DNA from: Haliotis rufescens | Lineage: Eukaryota | DNA length: 64,000 nucleotides | Direction: 5' to 3' | NCBI RefSeq assembly: GCF_023055435.1 | Contig: NW_025963890.1 | Span: 23,746,001-23,810,000, forward strand | Shown here: positions 11,701-24,712 of the stretch, piece after piece | Layout: the number at the start of each line of letters is the position of its first letter | Numbering within the stretch: position 1 is the stretch's first letter | Program-made: the position numbers and the translations under genes | The notes under the pieces: generated by a model | What the model was told of the DNA's origin: nothing | Seen by the model: the letters and a program-made list of their open reading frames with translations, nothing else | Database searches by the model: none

Positions 11701-13632
11701 GGAGACAAGTAGCGTGGGATTGAGGAGACATGGAGTGTGGCGTTGTGGAGACAAGTAGCCTGTGGTTGAGGAGACAGGTATCGTGGAGTTGAGGATGCAT
11801 GGAGTGTGGCGTTGAGGAGACATGGAGAGTGACGTTGAGGAGACAAGTAGCGTGGGGTTGAGGGGACATGGAGAGTGACGTTGAGGAGACAAGTAGCGTG
11901 GGGTTGAGGGGACATGGAGAGTGACGTTGAGGAGACAAGTAGCCTGTGGTTGAGGATACAGGTATCGTGGAGTTGAGGATGCATGGAGTGTGGCGTTGAG
12001 GAGACATGGAGAGTGACGTTGAGGAGACAAGTAGCGTGACGTTGAGGAGACAAGAAGCGTGGGGTTGAGGAGACAAGTAGCGTGGGGTTGAGGAGACAAG
12101 TAGCGTGACGTTGAGGAGACAAGTAGCGTGGGGTTGAGGGGACATGGAGTGTGACGCTGAAGAGACAGGGAGTGTGACGCTGAAGAGACAGGGATTGTGA
12201 CGTCGAGAAGACAGGTGTCGTGGGGTTGAGGGGACATGGAGTGTGACGTTGAGGAGACAAGTAGCGTGGGGTTGAGGAGACATGGAGTGTGACGTTGAGG
12301 AGTCAGGGAGTGTGACGTCGAGAAGACATGTATCGTGGGGTTGAGGAGACATGGAGCGTGACATTGAGGAGACAAGTAGCGTTGGGTTGAGGAGACATGG
12401 AGTGTGACGTTGAGGAGACATGGAGGGCGACGTTGAGGGGACATGGAGTGTGACGTTGAGGAGACAAGTAGCGTGGGATTGAGGAGACATGGAGAGTGAC
12501 GTTGAGGAGACAAGTAGCGTTGGGTTGAGGAGACATGGAGTGTGACGTTGAGGAGACAAGTAGCGTTGGGTTGAGGAGACATGGAGTGTGACGTTGAGGA
12601 GACATGGAGTGCGACGTTGAGGGGACATGGAGTGTGACGTTGAGGAGACAAGTAGCGTGGGATTGAGGAGACATCAAGTGTGACGTTGAGGAGACATGGA
12701 GAGTGACGTTGAGGAGACAAGTAGTGTGGCGTTGTGGAGATAAGTAGCCTGTGGTTGAGGAGACAGGTATCGTGGAGTTGAGGATGCATGGAGTGTGGCG
12801 TTGAGGAGACATGGAGAGTGACGTTGAGGAGACAAGTAGCGTGACGTCGAGGAGACAAGTAGCTTGGGGTTGAGGGGACATGGAGAGTGACGTTGAGGAG
12901 ACAAGTAGCGTGGGGTTGAGGGGACATGGAGAGTGACGTTGAGGAGACAAGTAGCCTGTGGTTGAGGAGACAGGTATCGTGGAGTTGAGGATGCATGGAG
13001 TGTGGCGTTGAGGAGACATGGAGAGTGACGTTGAGGAGACAAGTAGCGTGACGTTGAGGAGACAAGTAGCGTGGGGTTGAGGAGACAAGTAGCGTGGGGT
13101 TGAGGAGAGAAGTAGCGTGACGTTGAGGAGACAAGTAGCGTGGGGTTGAGGAGACAAGTAGCGTGACGTTGAGGGGACAAGTAGCGTGGGGTTGAGGGGA
13201 CATGGAGAGTGACGTTGAAGAGACAATTAGCGTGGGGTTGAGGGGACATGGAGAGTGACGTTGAGGAGACAAGTAGCGTGGGATTGAGGAGACATCGAGT
13301 GTGACGTTGAGGAGACATGGAGTGTGGCGTTGAGGATACATGGAGTGTGGCGTTGAGGAGACAAGTAGCGTGGGGTTGAGGGGACATGGAGAGTGACGTT
13401 GAGGAGACAAGTAGCGTGGGATTGAGGAGACATCGAGTGTGACGTTGAGGAGACATGGAGTGTGACGTTGAGGAGACAAGTAGCGTGGGGTTGAGGGGAC
13501 ATGGAGAGTGACATTGAGAAGACAGGTATCGTGGAGTTGAGGAGAGAGGTGGCGTGATGTCGAGATGACAGGTATCGTGGGTTTGAGGAGACAGCTGGCG
13601 TGATGTCGAGAAGACAAGTAGCGTGACGTTGA
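8790..13632. repeat. 23-bp purine-rich satellite (~210 units) with variant modules and ~60-unit higher-order repeats
   Basis: Constant gttgaggagaca plus an 11-bp variable module. Landmark blocks recur at 9421, 10824 and 12181. Source of the spurious 200-1281 aa minus-strand ORFs. Confidence 0.95.
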
Positions 13633-14366
13633 GGTGGGATGTCGAGAGGACGGGGAGAGGAATGTCGAGAGGACGGGTAGGGGATGTCGAGAGGACGGGG
13701 GGTAGAGGGATGAAGAGAGGACGGGTAGGTGGATGTAGAGAAGACGTGGAGAGGTACATCGAGAAGAAGGGTAGGGGATGTCGAGAGGACGGGTAGAGGG
13801 ACGTCGAGAGGACGGGTAGGGGATGTCGAGAAGACGGGGAGAGGGACATTGAGAAGAAGGGTAGGGGATGTCGAGAGGACGGGTAGAGGGACGTCGAGAG
13901 GACGGGTAGGGGATGTCGAGAGGACGGGTAGAGGGACGTCGAGAGGAGGGGTAGGGGATGTCGAGAAGACGGGGAGAGGGACATCGAGAAGAAGGGTAGG
14001 GGATGTCGAGAGGACGGGTAGAGGGACGTCGAGAGGACGGGTAGGGTATGTCGAGAGGACGGGTAGGAGATGTCGAGAGGACGGGTAGAGGGACGTCGAG
14101 AGGACGGGTAGGGGATGTCGAGAGGACGGGTAGCTGGACGTCTAGAGGACGAGTAGGGGTCGGCTAGAGGACGGGTAGCTGGACGTCGAGAGGACGGGTA
14201 GGGGGACGTCGAGAGGACGGGTAGGGGATGTCGAGAGGACGGGTAGAGGGACGTCGAGAGGACGGGTAGGGGATGTCGAGAGGACGGGTAGCTGGACGTC
14301 TAGAGGACGGGTAGGGGTCGGCTAGAGGACGGGTAGCTGGACGTCGAGAGGACGGGTAGGGGGACT
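13633..14366. repeat. G-rich 22/23-bp (45-bp dimer) satellite
   Basis: Alternating gtcgagaggacgggtaggggat and gtcgagaggacgggtagagggac. Confidence 0.9.
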
Positions 14367-14634
14367 TCGATATGTTACGCATATTTTGTGTGTGAACTGC
14401 AACGGGTTGTGAACAGTAATATTTCAAGAAATAGTTGAAAAACGACAACAAATGAAAGAATGTAAAGAAATAAAAGGTTTTTTTAAAGCGTAACACAATT
14501 CAGTAGGAGTTGAAGATTCAATATATGGAAACATAACGATTATATTTCTAAATATATTCTAGTTTAGTCTCCAAAAGTAACATGGGTAGCTGTAGCCGAG
14601 TATGCACAGATGAATTTTGTGCGATATATACTTA

Positions 14635-15669
14635 CGAGAACTGGCTGAAAAGTTCTAAGCCTAACTGTGTAAGACCCGTACCAAGTCGATGGTTTTCATT
14701 TATTCTCCACATAGTCCCCTTCCAGGTTTACACACTTTTGCCAGCGATGCTGCAAGGCCTGGGTGCCGGTCAAGAAGAAATTGTCTTCCGCCACCCTAAA
14801 ATGGTCACTCACAGTAATGACGTCATCATTACTATGAAAATGGCGACTGGCTAGTTCCTTTTTCATTTTGGGAAACAGGTGGAAGTCTGACGGGGCCAAA
14901 TTGGGTGAATAAGGGGGATGGTCAGTGAGTTCAAAACCACAATCATGGATCGCTGACATGGCCACCACCGATTTGTGAACAGGAGCATTGTCTTGGTAGA
15001 ACAGGACTCCTTTAGTGAGCATTCCCCGTCGCTTAGCTTTGATAGCTTCACGCAACTGTCTCAGTAGGTCAGCATGATATCTTCCATTGATAGTCTGACC
15101 TTTTTCAAGATAGTCAATCAGCAGAATACCCTTGGAATCCCAAAAGACCGAAGCCATCACCTTTCCAACAGAAGGAACCGACTTGGCTTTTTGGGGGGCT
15201 GGTGATTCCGGGTGTGCTCTCATGAGAGATGCCCACAACACTGGCAATATGTCGAGTGGTCAATCGTCAATCAGCCATCACCATGTCATGCACCCGGGTA
15301 ATGTTTTCCGGAATATTTGCTGTTGGAGGCCTTGCTGGACGCGGGTCATCGCCAAGGCTCTCTCTGCCACGCTTGAATTCCGTAGCCCACTACAGAGGAA
15401 AAGGAAGGGGTGTCATCCCCTAAAATGGAGACCATGTCAGCATGTATCTGTGTTGGAGTTGATGACTGCCCTATAGCCAGTTTTGTCCATTTCTGGTGAT
15501 TTCAATTGGTAGGTTCACAAGATGGTCTGGTACAAAGACAATAATAACACTACAATTGCAGTTCTTATGTCTATGATTCATTAAATGATTGTGCTTGTTG
15601 GTGGCAAAAGTTTGTTTCAATCCGATTGAGATATCCCACTTAGGCTTAGAACTTTTCAGCCAGCCCTCG
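14635..15669 (-). mobile_element. Mariner (DD34D, irritans-like) transposon, internally deleted
   Basis: ~30-bp TIRs cgag..ctggctgaaaagttctaagcctaa flanked by TA (14633-34, 15670-71). Transposase with KVMASVFWD, QDNAP-34aa-D (YSPNLAPSDF); N-terminus MDKTGYRAVI at 15490; 1035 bp. Confidence 0.92.
14696..15490 (-). pseudogene. Mariner transposase pseudogene
   Basis: C-terminal catalytic half open (14696-15247); N-terminal part deleted or frameshifted. Confidence 0.85.
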
Positions 15670-15693
15670 TACCTTATTTTTAAATAAGATATT

Positions 15694-15973
15694 GTGAGTG
15701 AGTGAGTGGTGTTTAACGCCGCGTTTAACAGTATTCCAGTTATATCGCGGCGTGTCAGCTTAATGTGGGAGGAAAGCCCGAAGTGATGCAGGTCCCAGAC
15801 GTTTACCACTTCGGTGAAACCCACGAGCACGGGTATGGTGCTGACAAACCTAGAAACATAATCGGGGCGAACCGGGATTCGAACCAACAATCATAGGTTT
15901 CTGGCGTGTCCAAGGGACGCAACTCTGCACAGCGAATCGCGGCGCCTTAGACGACTGGGCCACCCGTGCCCCC
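15694..15973 (-). mobile_element. tRNA-derived SINE, family B (long tRNA-Leu/Ser-like head)
   Basis: Head GGGGCACGGGTGGCCCAGTCGTCTAAGGCGC...GGTTCGAATCCC; (ACTC)n tail; 9-bp TSD taagatatt (15685-15693 / 15974-15982); second full copy at 42486. Confidence 0.88.
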
Positions 15974-16627
15974 TAAGATATTAAAAACAACATAAGCTTA
16001 AAAGTGCGCTCAAGGACGTAGACCCTCAAAGCGTTTTGCTTATACTGTACAGTTATCTCCTGATTGCTAGCTGCATCAGTGAGACCCGTGTTTGCTATAT
16101 CTAAATGAGGATCCCTAATACATGAAGCAATGATAAATCTCATCCTAATCATCAACGACAGGGCTCTCTTGTCAGTTACTCCGTACGCCCTATGGACATG
16201 CAAATATAGCATGGCCAACTCCCTGCAGCGTTTACAAACCACGGAGCAAATACGTCCATGGTGACAATAAAAATAGATATAAAAATATATAGCTAACTTT
16301 ATTGATCGCATATAACATTCGATAAATTGATTCTATTAATAGGTGACGATGCAAACATCTGTTTGATAGAAGTGGATAAATGTTGGATTGTTCAGTCAAG
16401 GGGTTCAGTCAATCGTTGCTTCATCTTCGCCAGTATGCAATTCATTCAATATCAACTTGTAATGTAAGATAATATTAACATAACAGGTAGTTTTGTTTTG
16501 ATCAGTAATCCTTAATGAAATCAATAAAATGTCTCTTGAGATTTTATCTACTTTCAGTTTAGCATCGGTGACGATTTAGTTGTATGACACTGTTAACGTT
16601 GACATATCACTCCGCCCTTGTGTTGTC

Positions 16628-16847
16628 TTATGCATTGAAATGCCGCAGCAATTGAGCAGTGAAAGCAAGAAACAACACAGCCCTCTCCAGACCGTGGTTT
16701 GTCGCTGTTGAACCATATGGATAGACAGATATGGCCTGTCGGGCAGGACAATAGCTGTACATTCTAGTGTTATTCTGACTTGAATCATAAACAGTGTTAC
16801 TCTGCACATTGGCCCAGAAGATGTCGCGACTCTTCACTATGGTTGCC
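16628..16847 (-). CDS. Reeler gene B last coding exon (ATIVKSRDIFWANVQS...AVLFLAFTAQLLRHFNA*)
   Basis: ttgcag acceptor, phase 2; TAA at 16628-16630. Confidence 0.88.
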
Positions 16848-17563
16848 CTGCAAATGTAAAAAAGTCATTTTGTGAGTACTCACGGAATTGGACGTTAGAA
16901 CGTTCGGAGCTGTGTGACATGAACTGCATGAACATTGAACAGCCCGAGATACACAACTTCCCGCACACGTGGTGGTATCCAGGTTATTAATTCCACCCGT
17001 TATGTGATACACGAGCAGATAGGTTGAATTGCCTTTCCCTATACAAATGTTGTTAAGGACAATCCTTAATCAGATGTTGTCCTCGTGTGTGTTAATACCC
17101 GAGTTTTTGACTCACAGTGGTCGGACTTCTGTGACAGAATGAGTCGGCGTTTCTCACAGCAGTATGTCACGCATATATACGGTACAGTCACGCACACCTG
17201 AGGCTTGTATATGCACATAGGATTTACTCGAACAGATATCACTGATACTATGCACACTAGTTGATGAAGATTACACAACTCATCAAATTGTACATACTCT
17301 AAAAACACTATTTTTTATAAACACTGGTTCTCAGGATCTCAGGATCCATGTGAACATTTAGACCAAAATAGGTTTCCAGCACCCTATGTTTGCCAAAGGA
17401 AAGCAGACTACAATGTGCGACCTGGCAGATTGTGTGTCATCCTACCCGATGGTGTGGATCTTGATCGCATGATCTACCTCTGCTGTGTATGGCCGAGACA
17501 ATTTCGGACAGTGATCTAACTGAAATATTAAAACAAGTCACTCAGATGATATGCAGCACTTAC

Positions 17564-17649
17564 TGAAAGTAGACGTCTCCTCCATTGGGGTTCCTCCAGG
17601 TAACAGTGACTGATGTCTTCCTACTGGCGCTGGTGTGGGAAACAGCGTT
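17564..17649 (-). CDS. Reeler gene B exon (NAVSHTSASRKTSVTVTWRNPNGGDVYFQ)
   Basis: 86 nt; ttgcag acceptor, gtaagt donor. Not in the ORF track. Confidence 0.88.
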
Positions 17650-17899
17650 CTGCAATATCAGGAACAGTCCCTTTAACCCCTCAAGTGTTTCCATTTCAAC
17701 CATACAAGTAAATTTAAATAATAAATATCAGCCCAAACATGTTTTTGAATACTCGATTTCTTAACAATGTTTTCATTTAGCTGTGATGATTACAGCAGCA
17801 TGCAAGAGTCGTTCCAACTTCTAAACATGTTAAAATCTCTAACGGAAAAGAAACGCTTTCAGGACGTAAAACACGTTGCACAGTGCAATAGGTTCTTCA

Positions 17900-18830
17900 C
17901 TGCCGTAGTAAATTAAAGAATATGTATGAACAATGTTTGTATTTGTATGGAAAATGTTAGAACTGGCGCATTTCAGACCTCCAGTGGAGTCCGATAGGGT
18001 TGTGTGTTAAGCTCCCAGTTATTTATATTCTTTATAAACCAATTTGTTTCAGATTTAGATAATAGTGTAACAAAGGGTATTTCTGTTAATGAGTTTACTG
18101 ATGACATCAAATTGTTGCTGTATGTGGATGACCTTGTCTTTGTAGCCGGTTGAGTTGCAAAGAATGTAAGATAAATTGGAATCGTTTTGCGATACTTGGT
18201 GTCTGGAAGTCAGTATGGATAAGTCAAAACGAGTGGACAAACGGTAGTATAAAGACACAGATATACCTGGGCATTGTCTTTTCATCTGGTCTTCTACGGT
18301 CTAAGGCCTGTGAAACCCTAGCTCCGATTGCACATTATGGGAATGAAATTTGGGGATCTTCATTCAGAGAAAGTATAGAAAAAGTCCAAAGATTTTTTTC
18401 AAGAGATATCGATTAATCAGTAGTAAAGCATCCTCTAATACTGTTCTTGGTGAGTTTCATTGTTATCATCTAAGTGTTTATTATTTCAGTGTATTGGTGT
18501 AGGCTAATACGCATGAATTCCAATGGACTTCCACTTGTTTGTTATCAAAAGATGATAATGGTAGGGTTAATTTTGCATCTCATGTGAGAATGCTTTAGTT
18601 AAAACAAGGCTTTGATTATGCTTGGATATCCGGATTGTGGAGATATACGTTACTTTATGGAAATAAGAGAAAATGATTTGACATTGATGTGCAGAACGGG
18701 AGTTAAAGTATTAGCAAGTCTGTGTTCTTAAACCATTAAGCACTGCTAGAAACTCTCTTTGATAAACATCAATTAGACTATTGGCGAAATTTCGATGTTT
18801 AGCACATGATTAAAACATACAAAAACACCG
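17900..18830 (+). mobile_element. Degenerate non-LTR retrotransposon (LINE) reverse-transcriptase remnant in gene B intron
   Basis: SGVR*GCVLSSQLFIFFIN (~17983-18040), LLYVDDLV (~18115) and PIAHYGNEIWG; many stops. Boundaries approximate. Confidence 0.75.
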
Positions 18831-19268
18831 TGACCTCTCTAGCTGGCTGAACCAGGTGCAAGGCGGCTTAACCCTTTTGTTATGAACTCATGATGTCAGC
18901 GCTGATTCACAAAAAATTACCCTACCGGTTTACTTACTCTATGCCCGAACCTAACAGTTATCTATGTCTTGCACCCCCCCCCCCCCCCCCCCCCCCCTCT
19001 CTCTCTCTTTCTCTCTCTCTGCAATACAGAAAGAGGCCACTTTTTAGTTATATTAGCAGGTTGTGTCTTATCTTTACAGGTTATTGCAGAAAATCCAGTT
19101 TAAATGTAGATTAATGTAAAGGAGAAAAACACTGAGGATTCAGACATGCTTCAGGTTTCATCTGTATCTTTATTCCACAATAACAATCATGTACACGTTC
19201 TTACGCCTTGAAATAACATAAGCATCTACATTGCTTCCCCGAGTCATTCGTTGATTTGCAATACGTAC

Positions 19269-19429
19269 ATTAGAGAGCGGTCCGCTGCATGTCATGCTCT
19301 GGGTGTTGGAGTCCAAAGGGCCAACAAAGAACCCCCTGGCAACAGTTGAGGACATGCAGTCAGCGCTATGTGCCTGGAGGAAAAACCCTTGAAAGTATGG
19401 ATGATCCGTGTTCGTTGTTGATATGGTAA
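19269..19429 (-). CDS. Reeler gene B exon (VTISTTNTDHPYFQGFFLQAHSADC...CSGPLSN)
   Basis: 161 nt; tttcag acceptor, gtacgt donor. Confidence 0.9.
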
Positions 19430-20103
19430 CTGAAACAATCATTATCAGCCACACTGTAGACGGTGTCATATGAAATCATTACATTTTATATAAATAGCCA
19501 TCTTGATTTCGCGGGACTACATGTACACACGAGTTTTTATATGAAATAATGCAGTAGGGCCATGATATTTTATAATATTTTATCATGTAATGTTTAGTGT
19601 TATCTTTGCGAAAAACCAGGGCGATAAATTTTATGTCACGACCCGAAAAATATGCAAATGAGGACACCGAGCAGGAACTACTTTAGGGCCCCGTACATCG
19701 ATGCAGTGTCTGCTTGATCAGTAACTGATTGACTAACATTTGCAACAAGTTTAGGTGGGAGATTCCCGATGCGTGGGTCATTCTGTAGACAGCCCTGGTT
19801 GTAAATAATTTGGTGCTATATGATAAACGGGTCTATTCACGCATACATTGTATTCATTAAACCATTAAACGGTTTCTAAAGTTACTTCTTGGAGTGACAA
19901 AACGTCGATCATTTTAGAATGATGTTATATGAAAAAAAGGAGTATTTCATTCGCGTATTTCTGTATGGTAAATATCATACGTTAGACATAAGTATATGTT
20001 TGACAGTTTAAAATAAGCGTAAACATATATAAGTTTTAAGGCCACAACAAAAAACAAACAAAAAATACATAAAACGAAAAAGAACCCAAAACAAATCTCT
20101 TGT

Positions 20104-21155
20104 CAATCTCATTAAGAATAGATCTCAGTGCTCGCTACCGCTACACAAAGATCTGAGGACATCCTGTCACAGCTTACGTTAGAACGACCATTCATCCGAC
20201 CTTCATCAAGTACGAAGTGGTCTCAATCTCATGAAAATCAGATCTTAGTTCTCGCTGTCGCTAAACAAAGATATGAGGACATCGCATTAAGGGTCACGTC
20301 AGAACGACCTATCATCCAACCAACCAGCGCTTACCAGATCATGAAAGTGTTTTCTAATCATGCAACCACGAAATATTTAACACGGAGTATTCCGAACGAC
20401 AGTTACGGGTTTTATGACCATATCCATACAATCTATGCCATCAATAAGCCATTCCAGAATATTCTTCTTATCAGTTTTAATTTTTTTAATCGAGAATACG
20501 TCAAAATATGTTTCGAAGCGAAGTCACCAGTTTGAAACTAGTGTCGTAAAGCTCGAGAAAGCTGCCTTCTGATTGGCTAATGTCGATTTCTTGTCGGTCA
20601 TTTCATTGGTCGGTCAATTCGCGAAAGGCCGTGCTGACGTGATCCGTAATTGGATGTCCTCAGATCTTTGTTTAGCGGTAGCGAAAATCAGACCTGATTT
20701 TAATGAGATTGGAAGTGGTCTCTAATCATCCTATCTTGAAAGTGTTAACGCTGTACGGCTTTTTCCTTCAAAATCACCGTCTATATCTCGCTTGAATTGG
20801 ATAAACATTTGAAACGGAAGAGACTTTCCAATAGCACGCGGTAAGTACTGCCATACAACCTCGGCCATCTATTAGACATTTCAGAATTTTCTTCTGTTCA
20901 ATTTTAAAATTTTGAATTGAGAGCTCTATCAAAATATTTCCCAAGGCGTCGTTTGGAATGGAAGCCGCCATTTTGAAACTAGCGCCGTGAAGCTCAAGAA
21001 TTATGCTAATTGATTGGTTAATGTTGACGTCGTCTTACTCATTTCATTAGTCGGTGAATGTTCGCGAAAGGTCATTCTGTGGTGACCCTTAATGGGATGT
21101 CCTCAGATCTTTGCGTTGGCGTAGCGTGTAAAAAGATCTGATTTTAATTAGATTG
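20104..21155. mobile_element. Non-autonomous AcademH-like DNA transposon (outer, older copy)
   Basis: Long TIRs CAATCTCATT...GATTG; degenerate 9-bp TSD atctcttgt/atttcttat; internal RecQ-like peptide FKIEQKKILKCLIDGRGCMAVL (ORF 20774-20971). Confidence 0.75.
20224..20711. mobile_element. Non-autonomous AcademH-like element nested in a copy of its own family
   Basis: TIRs caatctcatgaaaatcagatcttagttctcgct... / ...gattttaatgagattg; perfect 10-bp TSD gaagtggtct (20214-20223 / 20712-20721). Confidence 0.85.
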
Positions 21156-21328
21156 ATTTCTTATCAACTTAAACGGTGATTTTGTATGCCGAATTTTAAA
21201 AATAAACATACAGCTGTGTACTAGCCAATAAGACACCAAATCTCTGGATGGCGTGTAATAAAATGTCCTATCAACTTAACTAGGCAAGATAAGTGTATAT
21301 GATAGGGGATAAAGTGGCTACCGCTCAC

Positions 21329-21512
21329 CGGTAATGTTGTCGTCGGTGGGTGTATAGCTAGGGTTGTCAACAGTGATCACATAGGGCGGGGCACTCATCT
21401 GGGCATCAGCCCCGTGGTGAGGGAACATGTCTCCACACGCCGACAGAGGGGGCCCGGTGCTGTATCCCTGTGTCAGATGCAGGGAACAAATTGCCAACAC
21501 AACTGCAACAAT
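21329..21512 (-). CDS. Reeler gene B exon (IVAVVLAICSLHLTQGYSTGPPLSACGDMFPHHG...)
   Basis: 184 nt; donor G|gtgagc. Confidence 0.9.
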
Positions 21513-21925
21513 CTGAAACAGATTCATCATTTAAAATGTGACCACTTTACTGATCTAAGAACGGCAAACAAATCCTTCCGAAGACAAAATTACAGAAACG
21601 TGTAGATAAACGAAACAATGCATTGAGGTTTCATGGTGTTAAACTGACAAGAGACATCTCTTCGAGGAACAAGTGTTTCTACTGATAAATTGCCAAACCG
21701 TGCTTAGAAGAACAATGTCATGAGGTTTAAGCTGTTCAACCAGTCCAGACTTAATGGTTACCAGGCAAGAGTAGCACAGCCCTGGCGTATTGCTGAGAAA
21801 CTGTTTTAAGTATTACAACACTGAGTTGACATATGTCACACCTATATGGTTAGGGTTTCAATTATTTTATTTGTCTTACATATACAAACAACATCAATAT
21901 TCATGTCAGTTACATAAATTCATGT

Positions 21926-22088
21926 TTGCTTGTTGTTTAAAGCCGCACTCAGCAATATTCCAGCTATAGACGGCGGTCTGTAAATAATTGAGTCTGGACC
22001 AGACAATCCAGTGATTGACATCATGAGCATCGATCCACGCAATTGGGATACGATGACATGCATCACCCAAGTCAGCATTCACGGGTCT
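21926..22088 (-). mobile_element. SINE-like family C copy, internally deleted
   Basis: 12-bp TSD ataaattca(t/c)gt (21914-21925 / 22089-22100); 5' end GACCCGTGAA. Confidence 0.8.
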
Positions 22089-22252
22089 ATAAATTCACGT
22101 ACAAAACAAATGTAGGTTAGTCGCACTGGACTCGCAGTTGCTTGTAGAATACCTTATAAAGTAATCAGCCGAAACACTGACGTGAGTTCGATATATATTA
22201 TAGCTATTACGAATATTTTTCACTTACATTAACATAACCATAAAACATGTAC

Positions 22253-22261
22253 CTGAAACAT
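22253..22261 (-). CDS. Reeler gene B putative first coding micro-exon end (MFQ)
   Basis: ATGTTTCAG|gtacat, phase 0, compatible with tttcag|ATT at 21512. Confidence 0.5.
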
Positions 22262-24614
22262 TTCGCTGAGAGTAGATGTCGGCTAGCTTTGGCAGTCTGT
22301 ATTCTCGCACAGTGAATCATAAACTGATTTAAGAATAAGTCTCTCGAGAGAATGGGGGGATATCAAGCTTAAATACACGATTATATAGATCGAGTAACAA
22401 CTTTGTCGTCGTCAAACACACTTCGTATCATATTGTAATGTAACCTAACGTCAGGGGCACATATTGACAAGTCATGGAATAGCAGTATATTGCACCATCG
22501 TGAAAATAGACACGCCAAAGTACACAAGTCACTATGATGAATAACAACACTGTCCGTGTCAGGTGCTCCGCGGCTTTTTCACCACTCCCCCGTATTGCGA
22601 CATCCTGTGACGCTCAAACATGCGTGTTTAAGCATATTTCATTTCCACAATTTACAGGAAAATGGGATCAAAAACAAGCAAACAGGTTTATGTTAAAACC
22701 TCTCCAAGACAATATAAAACTTCCAATTATTATATGCAGACACATGTGTTGTGATATGGTAAGACTGGTCAGCTGTATACCTTTTGTGAAGCATGTCGTG
22801 TGTATATGCAGACGACGTCACAAGGTCACACGGTTTGAGAACCAGCATCCGGTGGAAGTTGACATTGAAAATCTACCCACAATAATGTAATCAAAAGAAA
22901 CAACGCGCAGTTTGACCAGATGCGGTATTGTTGAATCATCTAATAAGACATAATGATCTTGGTAATTCATTTAAAATATACCTCATAAACAAGGTGTAGT
23001 ATAATGTTGATAAGACAGTTCGTGAAATGTACAAAATTCGTGTGAAATGTGTGTACAAAATAACCGCAATTCTACGCTGTAAGAAGATCCTAAAAGCACT
23101 TACATTCATATGTTTCCTGCCCCATCATTTTCAAAGCATTCAGATAACTGGAGACATACAGGATTGTATTTAAAATGTAAACATGTTGAAAGTGTAAATA
23201 TAACAACATTTAAGAATATGTCATCGCGTTTTAGATTTGCAGTTTCGCCAAGGTTGATACAACAATGTCTTAATGAGATAAAACCTTTCAAATATGTACC
23301 TCTCGACAGCCAATGACCTATGCCAGCTTCTGCTTTTACTAAAGCAAAAATAACAACATTATCATCATCATCTTCTTTTTGTTCTTCTTCTTCATCATCA
23401 TCAGCAGCAACAGCAGCAGCACCATCTATGTCATCTTCATCATCACCATTCTCATTATTATTATTGATTAAGTGAGAGGTCACTTAAAGACAGTATTAGA
23501 TTCAAACTTTCTTTGCTGAAGTATATAAGTATATATGATTGTGTTATGATGACACTTCTAAGGCGCGCTAAAACCAGGTCACTCACTCGTCGCCTCATGA
23601 AGCTGACAGACCGATTGATAAGCAGTCCATCATATATAGATATCATATATAGTTATCTATGTAATGCATACATACTACAGCGTGTTTTGATTCAGAGAAT
23701 TTGGCTATGTTATGAGATCTTCGCCTATTTCGTGTGTTTTCATTCAAGGCCTGTTCCGATAAGAACACGCGACCCATTGATCCGTTTAGGATTAACACAA
23801 TCCTTAAAAAGTTTAACGCAAACAATGTTTTTAAATGTGTTTAATACCTAACCAGTGTTACAGTATTGTGAGCGAATATTGTTCTGTATCAAACTCCGTC
23901 CTGCAGTATATATACGTAAGAGAAAGTAGACAACAAATCGTATAGTTTGATTTAACTGTGTATCGGTTGATGAGACATGCGGTGTCGACAATCGAATGAT
24001 CAATTCTACAGGCGTGGGCTGCCAACTGACACGCGGAGTAGGTGTTTCATGTCGATTAACATTTAGAATGAGTTCATGTACGGTAATATTTCAGTATGTT
24101 GAACTTGTGAATGAGTGTACCAGTGTTACGAGAAAAATAGTTATGGGGGTATTTAGAAAACAACGCAAGATTGATTTGTGTTTGTATCTTTTAGGGATTT
24201 CATTATGAACACTCATACCCATGGGTGACCCAGCACTACTGTCAGTCATCTGAGCCGCAATCCGCTGTGCAGTGGTTCGAACCTTTAGCGTGCCTGAATC
24301 CGACGATGACCCACTCGTAGATTGCGCTCCATGGTGTATCAGCACCCACAGGTGCTCACAGTTTTGTCACCGGCACAAGACCTGCCTGTGTTTGGAACTT
24401 TCTCCCGTAAACAAAACCTAGGTATTACTGAAACACCTGCGACGCTAACCCCAACTCACTCGCGCACTGTCAAATTCGAATTGAACAGACAATTATGTTT
24501 AAATATTTGCACAATGCGCATGGAAAATGTTTCAACTTTGATAAATACACTGCGAGTGGATTACAGCCGAAAAGCAAGATTCATTGCATGTCAACGAAGA
24601 GCAGGAAAATCATG

Positions 24615-24712
24615 TTGCTGTTGTTGTTTGTTTAACGCCGCACTCGGCAATATTCCAGCCCTATGACGGCGGATTGTAAATAATCGAGTCTGGACCTGAC
24701 CATCCAGTGACA
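24615..24712 (-). mobile_element. 3' fragment of SINE-like family C
   Basis: tttaacgccgcactcggcaatattccagc...gagtctggacc matches the 21926 and 26225 copies. Confidence 0.7.

Larger units (their letters stand above)
16628..22261 (-). other. Reeler-domain gene B (~219 aa); CDS join complement(22253-22261,21329-21512,19269-19429,17564-17649,16628-16847)
   Basis: In-frame GT-AG exons with the same phases as gene A; motifs GYSTGPP.sAC.DMFPHHG, PPY.I, FQGFFLQA, NAVSH..K, W.NP, ATIV...FW. The start is either the 9-nt exon ATG TTT CAG|gt or the in-frame ATG at 21530. Confidence 0.88.

Noticed and set aside
8790-13632. CRISPR-like constant-plus-variable pattern
   Set aside because: Variable parts are only 11 bp and recur many times; eukaryotic context, no cas genes.
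8713-13984. Very long minus-strand ORFs (up to 1281 aa)
   Set aside because: Open in all three frames with the same peptides because a 23-bp stop-poor satellite cycles frames; no evidence of a gene.
20774-20971. Host RecQ helicase gene exon
   Set aside because: Lies inside TIR-bounded repeated elements, and the Walker A motif is disrupted.
23106-23483. Acidic low-complexity ORF
   Set aside because: Derived from mixed trinucleotide microsatellites.
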